Below, one piece after another: positions 26,056-34,658 of a DNA stretch of 52,220 nucleotides. The stretch is from assembly GCA_005789645.1 (NCBI GenBank), contig SXXH01000098.1:1-52220 (forward strand), written 5' to 3'. Positions within the stretch are counted from its first letter, which is position 1; each line of letters opens with the position of its first letter. This DNA comes from Planctomycetia bacterium (GTDB taxonomy: Bacteria; Planctomycetota; UBA1135; GCA-002686595). Position numbers and translations under genes: made by a program. The notes below the pieces were generated by a model. That model was not told where the DNA came from, did not search any database, and saw only the letters and a program-made list of their open reading frames with translations.

Positions 26056-27504
26056 TCAGGCGGCCGTCGAGGCCTCCGCCTTGAGCTTCTGGCGCGCCAC
26101 TTCGTTGCCGAAGGCGATGGCGGCCTTGTCGAGGTCGTCGCTGATGCCCTTGGCCTTGCGCGAGAGGAACGAGTGGATCAACAGCGCGGGGATGGCGACG
26201 ATCAATCCGTACTCGGTAGTGATCAAGGCCTCGGAGATGCCGCTCGACAGCGTCTTCACGTCGCCCGTGCCGAACACCGTCATCAAGGTGAAGGTGTTCA
26301 TGATGCCGGTGACCGTGCCCAGCAGTCCGAGCAACGGCGCCGACGAGGCCGAGATGGCGATGAACGGCAAGAGCCCGTTGACCTTCAAGCGCGTGTGCAG
26401 CGCCTGCTCGTACATGACCTCGTCCATGAGCTCCTTGGGCTCGTCCATGTGCTCGACGCCAGCGGCGAGCATGCGTCCGACCGGTCCCTTCATGGATTCG
26501 GCCTTGTCCTTGGCGAGGCCGCGATTGCCCGAGGCGATGGCGGCGAGCAGCGCGTCCATCTGCTTCTTGTTGGGGCTGGACAACAAGGCCATCGACAACC
26601 ACTTCCACAAGGCGACCAACAGCGCCGCGCCGGCGACGGCGAAGATCGGCCACATGATCGGGCCGCCCTTCAGGATGTGCTCCCACAAGGTCTCCTCGAG
26701 GGCCTGCACCTTGTGTGCGTTGCCCAAAGACGCGTCGAGCGGGAAGGCGCCACCCACGCCGAGCACCGCCAGCGAACCCGCCTCCTTGTCACGCGGATCC
26801 TGATAGGCGACCACGGCGGGTTCCAGCGAACCGATGCGCTGCTCGGCGGTGCCGATCGCTTGGCCATCAGCGGAGCGGAAGATGGCGACGGGGCCGAGCA
26901 TCAAGTACGTGCCGGTTTCAACGTCACCCTTGTCGTCCACGGCGCGGCCTTCGAAGCGCGCACCCCCGAGCACTTCCTCGACCCGGCCGAGCGACGCGTC
27001 CACCAACGCAACTTGCGCATCGAAGACCTGGGTGCGCTCGAGCGCCGTGTTCTCCAGCGCCAAGCGCGAAGCTTCGATCGCAGACTTGTAGCGTTGCAAT
27101 TCGGCGATGTGCAGGCGCGACTCGAAGTTGCGGCTGTACTCGGCGACGAGGCTGCCTAGGTAGATCGCCTCGTCGTTGCGCGCCTTGATCTCGACGCGCG
27201 TGTTGCTGATGCCTTGGGTGCCGGTGTCGAGCGAACGCGACACCTTCTGGTATTCGGCGCGCAGGTCGGCGAGGCGCGTCTCGGCCTCGCGCAGCTTGCG
27301 CGACATGGGCAAGGTTTCGTCGGCGACGCGTCGGCGCAACTCGGCGAGTTCCTTGAGGCTGTCGTCGAGTTGGCGCTGCAGGTCGGCGGCAGCGCCTTGG
27401 AAGCCGGGGTTTGCGCCGGACGCGGGCGCCTGGGCGAGCAGGGGAGTCCACGCGCACAAGACGACGAGGACGATATGACGGATCTGCATGGCGACGCTGT
27501 TCAT
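26056..27504 (-). CDS. long MotA/TolQ/ExbB-family protein with periplasmic coiled-coil N-domain (TtpC-like)
   Basis: Signal peptide (IRHIVLVVLCAWTPLLAQA), a ~280-aa N-terminal domain, then ExbB motifs APLLGLLGTVTGI and ISEALITTEYGLIVAIP. ATG 27504 overlaps the upstream stop by 4 nt. Confidence 0.85.
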   Translation of the reverse strand: MNSVAMQIRHIVLVVLCAWTPLLAQAPASGANPGFQGAAADLQRQLDDSLKELAELRRRVADETLPMSRKLREAETRLADLRAEYQKVSRSLDTGTQGISNTRVEIKARNDEAIYLGSLVAEYSRNFESRLHIAELQRYKSAIEASRLALENTALERTQVFDAQVALVDASLGRVEEVLGGARFEGRAVDDKGDVETGTYLMLGPVAIFRSADGQAIGTAEQRIGSLEPAVVAYQDPRDKEAGSLAVLGVGGAFPLDASLGNAHKVQALEETLWEHILKGGPIMWPIFAVAGAALLVALWKWLSMALLSSPNKKQMDALLAAIASGNRGLAKDKAESMKGPVGRMLAAGVEHMDEPKELMDEVMYEQALHTRLKVNGLLPFIAISASSAPLLGLLGTVTGIMNTFTLMTVFGTGDVKTLSSGISEALITTEYGLIVAIPALLIHSFLSRKAKGISDDLDKAAIAFGNEVARQKLKAEASTAA

Positions 27505-28313
27505 TGGACCTTCACCGGCAACTGCACGAAGGCCGCGACCTTCTCGCCCTTGACGATGCCGATGACCTGCGCCACGAGCGGCGCGATCTCGTTGGCGGGA
27601 GTCCAAGTCCAACCCGACGCGTTGCTGGTGCCGATGGCGGCGACCGTGGCGGTCGCGTTGACGTAGTAGGCCTGCCCGAGGCCGAGGTAGATCGTGGCCA
27701 CTTCGGCGGAGCTGCCGTCGGCAAGCGTGCGCACCTCGCTGGCGACCACCAGCTCGCGCTGGAACTTGTTCATCTCGTTGAGCACGCCGACCACGTTCTG
27801 CCAACGCTCGGAGAGCGACAGCTTGGTCGTGGCGGGGTCGGCGGGGAAGCGCTGCGAGAGCACCTTGACGCGCTCGCGGATCGGATCGGGCGAGCGCGCG
27901 AGCAGCGTCCCGACGCGGCGCTCCAGCGCGGTGACCAGTTCGGACTTGCGCGCCGCCTCGGCCTTGAGCTTGTCGTTCTCAGCGGCGAGCTCGGCGGTCT
28001 TCTTCTCCGTCTCGGAGATCGTCGCCTTGGCTTCCTCGATCTTCGCCTTGACGGACTCGATGTCGCGCTCGACGAGTTCGATGCGGTCGGCCAGCACCTC
28101 CTTCTTGAGCGTGAAGTCGCGCTGCTCCTGCGAGATGGTCTTGCGCACCTCCACCCAGCGCTCGAGCGCGGCCCGGGCGTCGTCGATGGCCGAACCCTGG
28201 CTCGCCACGCCGCCCGCCGCCATCAGGGCGATCGCCGCGGCGAAGCCCGCCGCCAACGCCGCCTTGCGCCACCAAGGGCGCGATCGAACCTGCTTGTCGT
28301 CCATCCGTTGCAT
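27501..28313 (-). CDS. DUF3450-like coiled-coil periplasmic protein (TtpB-like position)
   Basis: TM/signal segment, then a long coiled coil (IESVKAKIEEAKATISETEKKTAELAAENDKLKAEAA), then a C-terminal globular part. It sits directly before the long ExbB, as in TonB2-type clusters. Confidence 0.7.
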   Translation of the reverse strand: MQRMDDKQVRSRPWWRKAALAAGFAAAIALMAAGGVASQGSAIDDARAALERWVEVRKTISQEQRDFTLKKEVLADRIELVERDIESVKAKIEEAKATISETEKKTAELAAENDKLKAEAARKSELVTALERRVGTLLARSPDPIRERVKVLSQRFPADPATTKLSLSERWQNVVGVLNEMNKFQRELVVASEVRTLADGSSAEVATIYLGLGQAYYVNATATVAAIGTSNASGWTWTPANEIAPLVAQVIGIVKGEKVAAFVQLPVKVQ

Positions 28314-28326
28314 GTTGCTTGCGTCC

Positions 28327-31300
28327 TCAGAAGCCCAGGCTGAAGCCCAGCGAATACTCGATGCCCTTCGTGTACGACGACTTCGGGACGTCGTCGCCGA
28401 TGTAGTCCGACCGGTAGACCTCCTGGATCTCCGGATTGGTCAGGTTCTTGACCTGCAGCTGCCACTTCACGATCCCCATCGTCTGCGTCAGGCTCAAGTT
28501 GAGCGTGTCGTAGCTGCGCGCGTAGATGTTGGGGACGTAGTAGATGCCGTCCTCGACGGCGGCGCCCGCCACGAGCGTGTCGCCCGTCAGCGTCCAGAAC
28601 AGCGCCAACTGGGTCTGGGACTCCTCGATGTCCCACGTCGCGTAGAGATTCAGGAGCTGCTCCGGCGCCGCGGTCATGTCGCGCGTGCGCATGGGCGCTT
28701 GGATGTTGGGCTCCTCGAACTCGGCCGCTTCGTCGTCGGGCAAGGTCACTTCGGAAGAGATGAAGGTCGCGTTGCCCCCCACCGAGACGCCCTCGAGTCC
28801 CGGGTAGATCTTCCACAAGCCTTGACGCGCCTCGAACTCGATGCCGCTCAACGAGCCCTTCGGGTAGTTGACCGCGGTCGTGTAGGTGAACGAGTCGGTT
28901 GGCACCTGCACGTACTCGATCGCATCGGTCACTTCTTTGTGGAACAGCGAGAACGACACCAACGTGCCCTGTGTCGGCACGAAGTCCGCACGCAAGTCGA
29001 AGTTGGCGATGCCGCTCATCTCGAGATCCTTGTTCCCGATGAACACCGGGCCGCCGAGGAACTCCTGTTGGATGATGGGCGTCAGTTCCTTGAAGGTCTG
29101 GCGCGCGACAGTGCGGCTGACGGCACCGCGGAAAGTCCAGGCCGAACTCGCCTTCCACTCCACGCCCAGCGACGGGAGGATGTCGTTCTCCGACTGGTCG
29201 ACATCGGCGTCGCCCGGGTTCAGCTCGGTCTGGACGCCGTTCGGGTACCAGTACACGTCGCCCTCGGGCTCGGGCGTGACGACGATGTTGGTGCGCTCGA
29301 CCCGCACGCCGCCGACGGCCTTCCAATCGGCGTCGAACGGATAGTCGATCATCGCGTAGAACGCCTCGAGGTCGATCGAGCCGTCGTAGTCGACGTCGGT
29401 CTCCGACGGCGTCAGGGGATGGTCTTCTCCCGGGAAGACCGCGCTCCAAGGTTGGTCGAAGCCCGCTTCGTACTGCGAGCCTTGCTCGCCCGGGTTGCTG
29501 AACGTGTCTTGGTCGTAGCGGCGATCGACAAGGTCGCCGAAGTAGCCGAACTTGAGGTAGCCGCGGTCCTCGGCGGCGGTCTTGTACGGGATGCGCACGC
29601 CGACGCTGACCTGCTCGCTGTCCTCCTCGATCGTCTTCCAGATGCGCTGCAGGTTGCCGAGGTTGAAGTTCGCGCCTGGCTTGTAGGGCGTCCAGACGTT
29701 CGGGAAGAAGATGCCGAAGGTCGAGTTGAAGGAGTTCGGCGACCACTGCGCGCCGAACAGGCGCTTGTCGGGCTGGTCGAGGTCGGCGAAGCTCTTCGAG
29801 AGGGTCCACTCGAGCTCGGGGGCGCCGAACTCCCACGGCGAGACGGGCACCCTCTCGTTCGCCGGCAAGGTGTGCACGCCACGCAGCTGCAACGATCCAG
29901 TCGTGCGCTCGGTGTACTGAAGCGTGTCGGTGCGGATGTAGGGCGCGGCCTGCAGGTTCTCCGGCTGGTTGCCGAAGTCGTCCAGGTCGTTCGGGTCGTA
30001 GCCCGCGCGGAAGTACGCTTCCTTGCCGCGCGTGTCGGTGGCGACGATCACCGAGTCCTCGGCCGTGTGCGTGTGCAGCCACGACAGACCGAACTTGCTC
30101 GACTCTGTCTCGAGTCCGATCGTCGCGAGGCCTCCCCACTGCACCGACTCGGTGCTCTCGACCACATCGAAGAGCGAGGTGAGGAAGCTGCCTTGCTCGG
30201 GCGTGCCTTGGCCGAACTGCGGCGACATCGGCGCGTTCGGCGACAACCGCCAGCGCTCATCCTCGAAGCCTTGCTGGTAGGAGCTGTCGCGCTCGTAGAA
30301 GAAGCTCAGGAGTCCGCCGAAGCGCACGTCCTCGCCGAGGTCCATCTTGCCGCCGCCCGCGACCGACCACTTGTTGTCGAAGGGCTCGTCGCCGGGACTC
30401 GCGCCGGTTGCGCCATCCCAGTTCTGACCGAAGTTCTCGTACTGGATCCGGCGCTGGCCGCTTTCGAGGCCCCATCGGCCGACCCCGCCTCCTTGGTACG
30501 AGAGGAAGTCGGAGCCTTTGACCTGCGAGTTGAAGCCAACTTGGCCCTTGAAGTTGGCGAAGGGCTCGTCGGGGATCGACTTTAGGACCAGGTTGACCGC
30601 GCCGCCCGAAGCGTCGCCTTGCTGGTCGGGAGTGAAGGTCTTCGAGACCTGCACGCTCTCGATGATGCCCGAGGGGAACTGGTCCAGCTCGACCGCGCGC
30701 TTGTCCTCGTTGGCCGAAGGCATGCGCACGCCGTTCAATTGCGAAGAGACGTACCGATCGGGCAGTCCGCGAATGACCGCGGTCTTGCCATCCTGCACCG
30801 TGGCCCCGGCCACGAGTCGCAAGGCGCCCGCCGCGTCGCTGGCTCCGGCGCGACTCATCAGCTCCGCGCCGATCGAGTCCATCAAGGCGGGCGACTCGAC
30901 GCGCAGCTCGAGCAAGGAGGACTCGGAGCCGGCGGGCGCGGACAACACGTCCTGCACCACGAACTCCTCCATGTCCGTGTAGTCGCCGGACAAGGCGAGA
31001 TCGAGGTCGCGCACCACTCCACCGACGACCTCCACGTCGACGCGCACTTGGCGGACGTAGCCCTCCTTGGAGACGACCACCGTGTAGCGGCCGGCGGGGA
31101 TCTCGGGCAGGGAGTAGTTGCCCTGGTCGTTGGTCAGGGTCTTCTGGCCGGTCTCGACGATCGACACCGCGGCCTCGACTAGCGGAGCCGCGAAGTCCTT
31201 GTCGAGGATCTGCCCACGCAGCGTGCCGGTCGCGACCTGGGCGTCTTGGGCGCGCGCCAACGCCTTGGCCGGAGCTGTCGAGATGGCCACGACCCCCTTG

Positions 31301-31356
31301 GCGGCCGCGGGAGCGCAGCACAGGGTGGCAACCAGCAATGTGTAGGGAGCACGCAC
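28327..31356 (-). CDS. TonB-dependent receptor with N-terminal carboxypeptidase-regulatory-like domain
   Basis: CarboxypepD_reg-like GTLRGQILD...TNDQGNYSLPEIPAGRYTVVVSKEGY. Plug domain (AVIRGLPDRYVSSQLNG). Long beta-barrel ending in a terminal F (SLGFSLGF). Start uncertain: GTG 31356 gives a clean signal peptide; the track ORF begins at TTG 31431. Confidence 0.85.
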   Translation of the reverse strand: MRAPYTLLVATLCCAPAAAKGVVAISTAPAKALARAQDAQVATGTLRGQILDKDFAAPLVEAAVSIVETGQKTLTNDQGNYSLPEIPAGRYTVVVSKEGYVRQVRVDVEVVGGVVRDLDLALSGDYTDMEEFVVQDVLSAPAGSESSLLELRVESPALMDSIGAELMSRAGASDAAGALRLVAGATVQDGKTAVIRGLPDRYVSSQLNGVRMPSANEDKRAVELDQFPSGIIESVQVSKTFTPDQQGDASGGAVNLVLKSIPDEPFANFKGQVGFNSQVKGSDFLSYQGGGVGRWGLESGQRRIQYENFGQNWDGATGASPGDEPFDNKWSVAGGGKMDLGEDVRFGGLLSFFYERDSSYQQGFEDERWRLSPNAPMSPQFGQGTPEQGSFLTSLFDVVESTESVQWGGLATIGLETESSKFGLSWLHTHTAEDSVIVATDTRGKEAYFRAGYDPNDLDDFGNQPENLQAAPYIRTDTLQYTERTTGSLQLRGVHTLPANERVPVSPWEFGAPELEWTLSKSFADLDQPDKRLFGAQWSPNSFNSTFGIFFPNVWTPYKPGANFNLGNLQRIWKTIEEDSEQVSVGVRIPYKTAAEDRGYLKFGYFGDLVDRRYDQDTFSNPGEQGSQYEAGFDQPWSAVFPGEDHPLTPSETDVDYDGSIDLEAFYAMIDYPFDADWKAVGGVRVERTNIVVTPEPEGDVYWYPNGVQTELNPGDADVDQSENDILPSLGVEWKASSAWTFRGAVSRTVARQTFKELTPIIQQEFLGGPVFIGNKDLEMSGIANFDLRADFVPTQGTLVSFSLFHKEVTDAIEYVQVPTDSFTYTTAVNYPKGSLSGIEFEARQGLWKIYPGLEGVSVGGNATFISSEVTLPDDEAAEFEEPNIQAPMRTRDMTAAPEQLLNLYATWDIEESQTQLALFWTLTGDTLVAGAAVEDGIYYVPNIYARSYDTLNLSLTQTMGIVKWQLQVKNLTNPEIQEVYRSDYIGDDVPKSSYTKGIEYSLGFSLGF

Positions 31357-31437
31357 GGGGGGGGCGGGAAGCCCGGGACGATAGGCGGATTTGGTAAAGA
31401 AGCCGCGAAGATCGAGCCGCGATCTCGTCAAGGTGTA

Positions 31438-31483
31438 TTTTTTTGTAAAGCAGCTAAGTAGCTATCGAAAAGAACTTTATAGC
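31438..31483. promoter_or_regulatory. AT-rich divergent control region with short palindromes
   Basis: A run of seven T (31438..31444). Inverted repeat AGCTA-AG-TAGCT (31452..31463). GCTAT...ATAGC (31461..31483). This is the lowest-GC stretch between the receptor gene and the DUF455 gene. Confidence 0.3.
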
Positions 31484-31639
31484 AGCGACGCCGCCCTTCA
31501 ATGCAAGCTCCTTCGGTGGCCCACCCCTCCCCTTTCCCCTACTCTTCGACCCGCTGAAGCCAAGGGCATTTCACCACCTCGGGTCCGGTCCGAGAGCGCT
31601 ATACCTGTGGGGGTGACATTTCCGCCCCAAGGCCACGCC

Positions 31640-32482
31640 ATGACCTCGCCGCCTCGGGCCGGCACGATCGAGCGCTGGGCCTTGGACTTCATCCTCGCCG
31701 TGGAGCTCGAGGCGAAGATCGCTCCGCCGGAGCCACCGTCGCCGCAATCGGACTCGGCGTGGTGCGACGACGAGCTCGAGCGTCGCGTGGCGGCCCCGGG
31801 CAGGCCCGCGGCCTTGCGCTTGGTGACTCGTGGCGAGCGCACCAAGGGCGCGCAAGCGCTGCGGCGGCCGCAGGAACGCGCCCGGCTCCTGCACACCTTC
31901 GCCCACCACGAACTGCAGGCGGCCGAGCTGTTCGCATGGGCGATCCTCGCCTTCCCGCGCACGCCGCGCGCATGGCGCGCCGGGCTACTGCGCTTGTGCC
32001 TCGAGGAGCTCTCCCATCTGCGCCTGTACGCGGCCCACATGCGGACCCTTGGCCTCGCCTACGGCGACCTGCCGGTGCGCGACTGGTTCTGGAGCCGCGT
32101 TGCCGCCTGCCCCGACGCATTGTCCTTCGTGGCCTTGCAAGGTCTGGGCTTGGAAGGCGCCAACCTCGAGCACAGCGCGCGCTTCGCGGCGCTCTTCCGC
32201 GCGGCAGGCGACGAGGCGGGCGCCAAGGCCTTGGAGCTCGTCGAGCGCGACGAGATCGGCCATGTTGCCTTCGCCCGGTACTGGTTCGAGCGCTTCAGCG
32301 GCGCGAGCCTCGACTTCCAACGCTGGGAGAACGCCTTGCCGCCGCCGCTGACGCCGGCCTTGTTCCGCGGAACGCCGCTCAACCGCGCGGCGCGCGCCCA
32401 GGCGGGGATGGACCAGCGCTTCCTCGACGCGCTCGACGCCACTGCGCCGGCACTCCAGCCATCGCCGCGGCGCGCGCGCTGA
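31640..32482 (+). CDS. DUF455-like ferritin-fold (putative di-iron) protein
   Basis: Carboxylate/His motifs FAHHELQAAELF, LEELSHL, LEGANLEHSARF and ERDEIGHVAF. Start at ATG 31640. Confidence 0.7.
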   Translation: MTSPPRAGTIERWALDFILAVELEAKIAPPEPPSPQSDSAWCDDELERRVAAPGRPAALRLVTRGERTKGAQALRRPQERARLLHTFAHHELQAAELFAWAILAFPRTPRAWRAGLLRLCLEELSHLRLYAAHMRTLGLAYGDLPVRDWFWSRVAACPDALSFVALQGLGLEGANLEHSARFAALFRAAGDEAGAKALELVERDEIGHVAFARYWFERFSGASLDFQRWENALPPPLTPALFRGTPLNRAARAQAGMDQRFLDALDATAPALQPSPRRAR

Positions 32483-32492
32483 TCCTCTTGGC

Positions 32493-33440
32493 ATGGAGCG
32501 CCTGGTCGAACTCCCGCCGCGAGCGTGGGTGCTGAACCTCGACGCCGAGCACGAGCTCGAGGTGCCGCGCGGCTACCAACCGACCGACAAGCTGCGGGCC
32601 ATCGTGGCCACGCAGTCGCGACGACTGCTCGGCTCGCTGGTGCGCCCCGGCGACATCGTGCTGGACGAGGGCGACCTCTCGAGCGGGGCGCGACGCGCAC
32701 AGGGCCTGCGCGGGACGGCTTGGCTGCCCACGCCAAGCGCCTTGCGCATCCTGGCGGCCGCCGGCGCCGTCGGCTGCGAGTCGCCCGGGCTCGAAGTCCT
32801 GCAACGCGTCAACCGCCGCGACTTCGGCGCGCGCCTGCGCGACGAGTTCCGCGAGGACGCCTTCGAGAAGCACATCGTGCACGACCTCGACTCGGCGCTG
32901 TCCATCCTCTCGCGCCCCGCGCCACTCGGGTGGCTTGCGCGCCGCGCGTTCGGGGCCGCGGGACGCGGGCGGCGCAAGCTGCGCGCCGGCCGGCCGGACG
33001 AGGCCGAACACGCCTGGCTCGTCGCCAGCCTGCGCCTCGGGCCGATGGTGGTCGAGCCATGGCAGGAGCTCGCGCGAGAACACACCCGATCCGGCTGGGT
33101 GCGCTCCGACGGCGGCGTGGTCGTGTCGGCGCCCTGCTTCCAACGCGTCGGGAAGGACGGCGCCTGGATCGACACGCTGCGCGCCGAGGCGGGCGAGTTG
33201 TCAAGCGAACTGGACAACCGCCTGGCGCACACCCTCGAGCGCGTGGGTCGCGCCTTGGCGGCGGAGGGCTACCGCGGCCCGTACGGCATCGACGCCTGGA
33301 CCTACAAGGCCGGCGGGCGCGAAGTCCTGAACCCGCTCAGCGAGATCAACGCGCGCTTCACCATGGATTGGGCGACCGCCATGGTCCACGACCCCCGCGC
33401 AGGGGCGGCGCGGCGGCTGTTCGACGAACTGGCTCGCTGA
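32493..33440 (+). CDS. ATP-grasp-like hypothetical protein
   Basis: It starts 10 nt after the DUF455 stop. The C-terminal NPLSEINARFT resembles the E-x-N Mg/ATP motif of ATP-grasp enzymes. A Gly/Arg-rich loop RRAFGAAGRGRRKL is present. No closer family recognised. Confidence 0.55.
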   Translation: MERLVELPPRAWVLNLDAEHELEVPRGYQPTDKLRAIVATQSRRLLGSLVRPGDIVLDEGDLSSGARRAQGLRGTAWLPTPSALRILAAAGAVGCESPGLEVLQRVNRRDFGARLRDEFREDAFEKHIVHDLDSALSILSRPAPLGWLARRAFGAAGRGRRKLRAGRPDEAEHAWLVASLRLGPMVVEPWQELAREHTRSGWVRSDGGVVVSAPCFQRVGKDGAWIDTLRAEAGELSSELDNRLAHTLERVGRALAAEGYRGPYGIDAWTYKAGGREVLNPLSEINARFTMDWATAMVHDPRAGAARRLFDELAR

Positions 33441-33604
33441 GCCCGCGCGACGGAGCGCGGAACCACCTTCGGCCCGGCGGCGTCCGGGACGCGACCTACG
33501 CACTCCATGGCCATTCGGGCGCCCGACGCCCGGCGGCTCAAGGTCTGTGGCGGCGCGGGCCGATAGGCGGAAGGACTTTCCAGCCAGCCCCCGTCCCCCG
33601 CAAC

Positions 33605-34132
33605 ATGGCCCATCCAACCCCACCGCGGAACCCGCACCCATCCTCGCGCAACTCGCAGCGCGCGGTGCTCTGCACGGTCCTCACCTGCGTCGCCGGCCTC
33701 GTGCTGTATGTCGCGCAAGCGCCGGCCGAGAAGCGCGACCTCGACGCGTTGCGCGCGCAACGCGCGCAAGCGGAGCTGTCGTGGCGGCTCGACGAGTTGC
33801 GCGCCGTCATCGAGACCTACCGCGCCAAGCATGGCACCAACCCGGGCCAAGGCGCCGACAGCAGCGTCGACGGCAAGTGGTTCGAGCGCGCCTACGCCTC
33901 GTCGCGAGCGCTGCACGCCTTCGACGACGCGGCGCACGCGCGGCTCGAACGCGGCGTGCCCGCCAACCCGATCAATGGTCGCTCGGACGTGCGCTTCCTC
34001 GCCAACGACGAGCCTTGGCCCGCGCAAGCCGACGACGGCAGCGGCTGGCTGTACAAGCCCTCCACCGGCGAGCTGCGCGCCAACTGCCGCGGCGCGGGCC
34101 CGGACGCCGGGCGCGCCTACTACGAGATGTGA
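33605..34132 (+). CDS. GspG-like pseudopilin-fold protein lacking a canonical prepilin leader
   Basis: N-terminal TM AVLCTVLTCVAGLVLYVA without the G-F-T-L-x-E motif. IETYRAKHGTNPG and VPANPINGRSD...GSGWLYKPSTGEL resemble the GspG globular domain. Start at ATG 33605. Confidence 0.5.
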   Translation: MAHPTPPRNPHPSSRNSQRAVLCTVLTCVAGLVLYVAQAPAEKRDLDALRAQRAQAELSWRLDELRAVIETYRAKHGTNPGQGADSSVDGKWFERAYASSRALHAFDDAAHARLERGVPANPINGRSDVRFLANDEPWPAQADDGSGWLYKPSTGELRANCRGAGPDAGRAYYEM

Positions 34133-34135
34133 ACC

Positions 34136-34618
34136 ATGGACGCACCCGTGCACGACAAGCGCGATTCGACCCGCCATGCAGGGCGTGGCTTCACCTTGCT
34201 GGAGCTGCTGCTCGCGCTGGTGGCGACGACGCTCGTCGCCGCCTTGGCGATCTCGCTGCACTTCGGCCGCCCCGAGGTGAGCTTGTCGAGCGCCGCGGAT
34301 CTCCTGGCCGACGACCTGCGCCTCCTGCAGTCGCGCGCCATCAGCCAAGGCCGGCCGGCGACCTTGTCCTTCGCCCCGGACGGGCGCGGCTGGATCGCGC
34401 TCGCCCCGGACGACGCGCTCCCCGTGCGGCGCCTCGACTCCGACGCCGTGTTCGAAGGCGTGCGCTTCGACGCGACGAGCGTCCCCGACGCGGGCCTCGT
34501 GCGCTTCGACGCCCGCGGCGTGCCGGACCAGGACGCCGCGCTGGTGCTGCGCCACAAGGACCATACCCTGGTCGTGGAAGTCGACCGCCGACTGGGCTTG
34601 GTGCAAGGCCCGCGCTGA
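34136..34618 (+). CDS. prepilin-type N-terminal cleavage/methylation domain protein (GspH/FimT-like minor pseudopilin)
   Basis: Class III signal GRGFTLLELLLALVATTLVAALAI. The ~115-aa beta-rich C-terminus is like GspH/FimT. It begins 3 nt after the preceding stop. Confidence 0.75.
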   Translation: MDAPVHDKRDSTRHAGRGFTLLELLLALVATTLVAALAISLHFGRPEVSLSSAADLLADDLRLLQSRAISQGRPATLSFAPDGRGWIALAPDDALPVRRLDSDAVFEGVRFDATSVPDAGLVRFDARGVPDQDAALVLRHKDHTLVVEVDRRLGLVQGPR

Positions 34619-34658
34619 GGCGCGGCGCGAGGCTGCTAGACTGCGCCGCGATCGGCGC

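Noticed and set aside
31438-31483. A Fur box or other known iron-regulator site upstream of the TonB-dependent receptor.
   Set aside because: The AT-rich palindromes do not resemble the GATAATGATAATCATTATC consensus. No iron-regulation claim is justified from the sequence alone.
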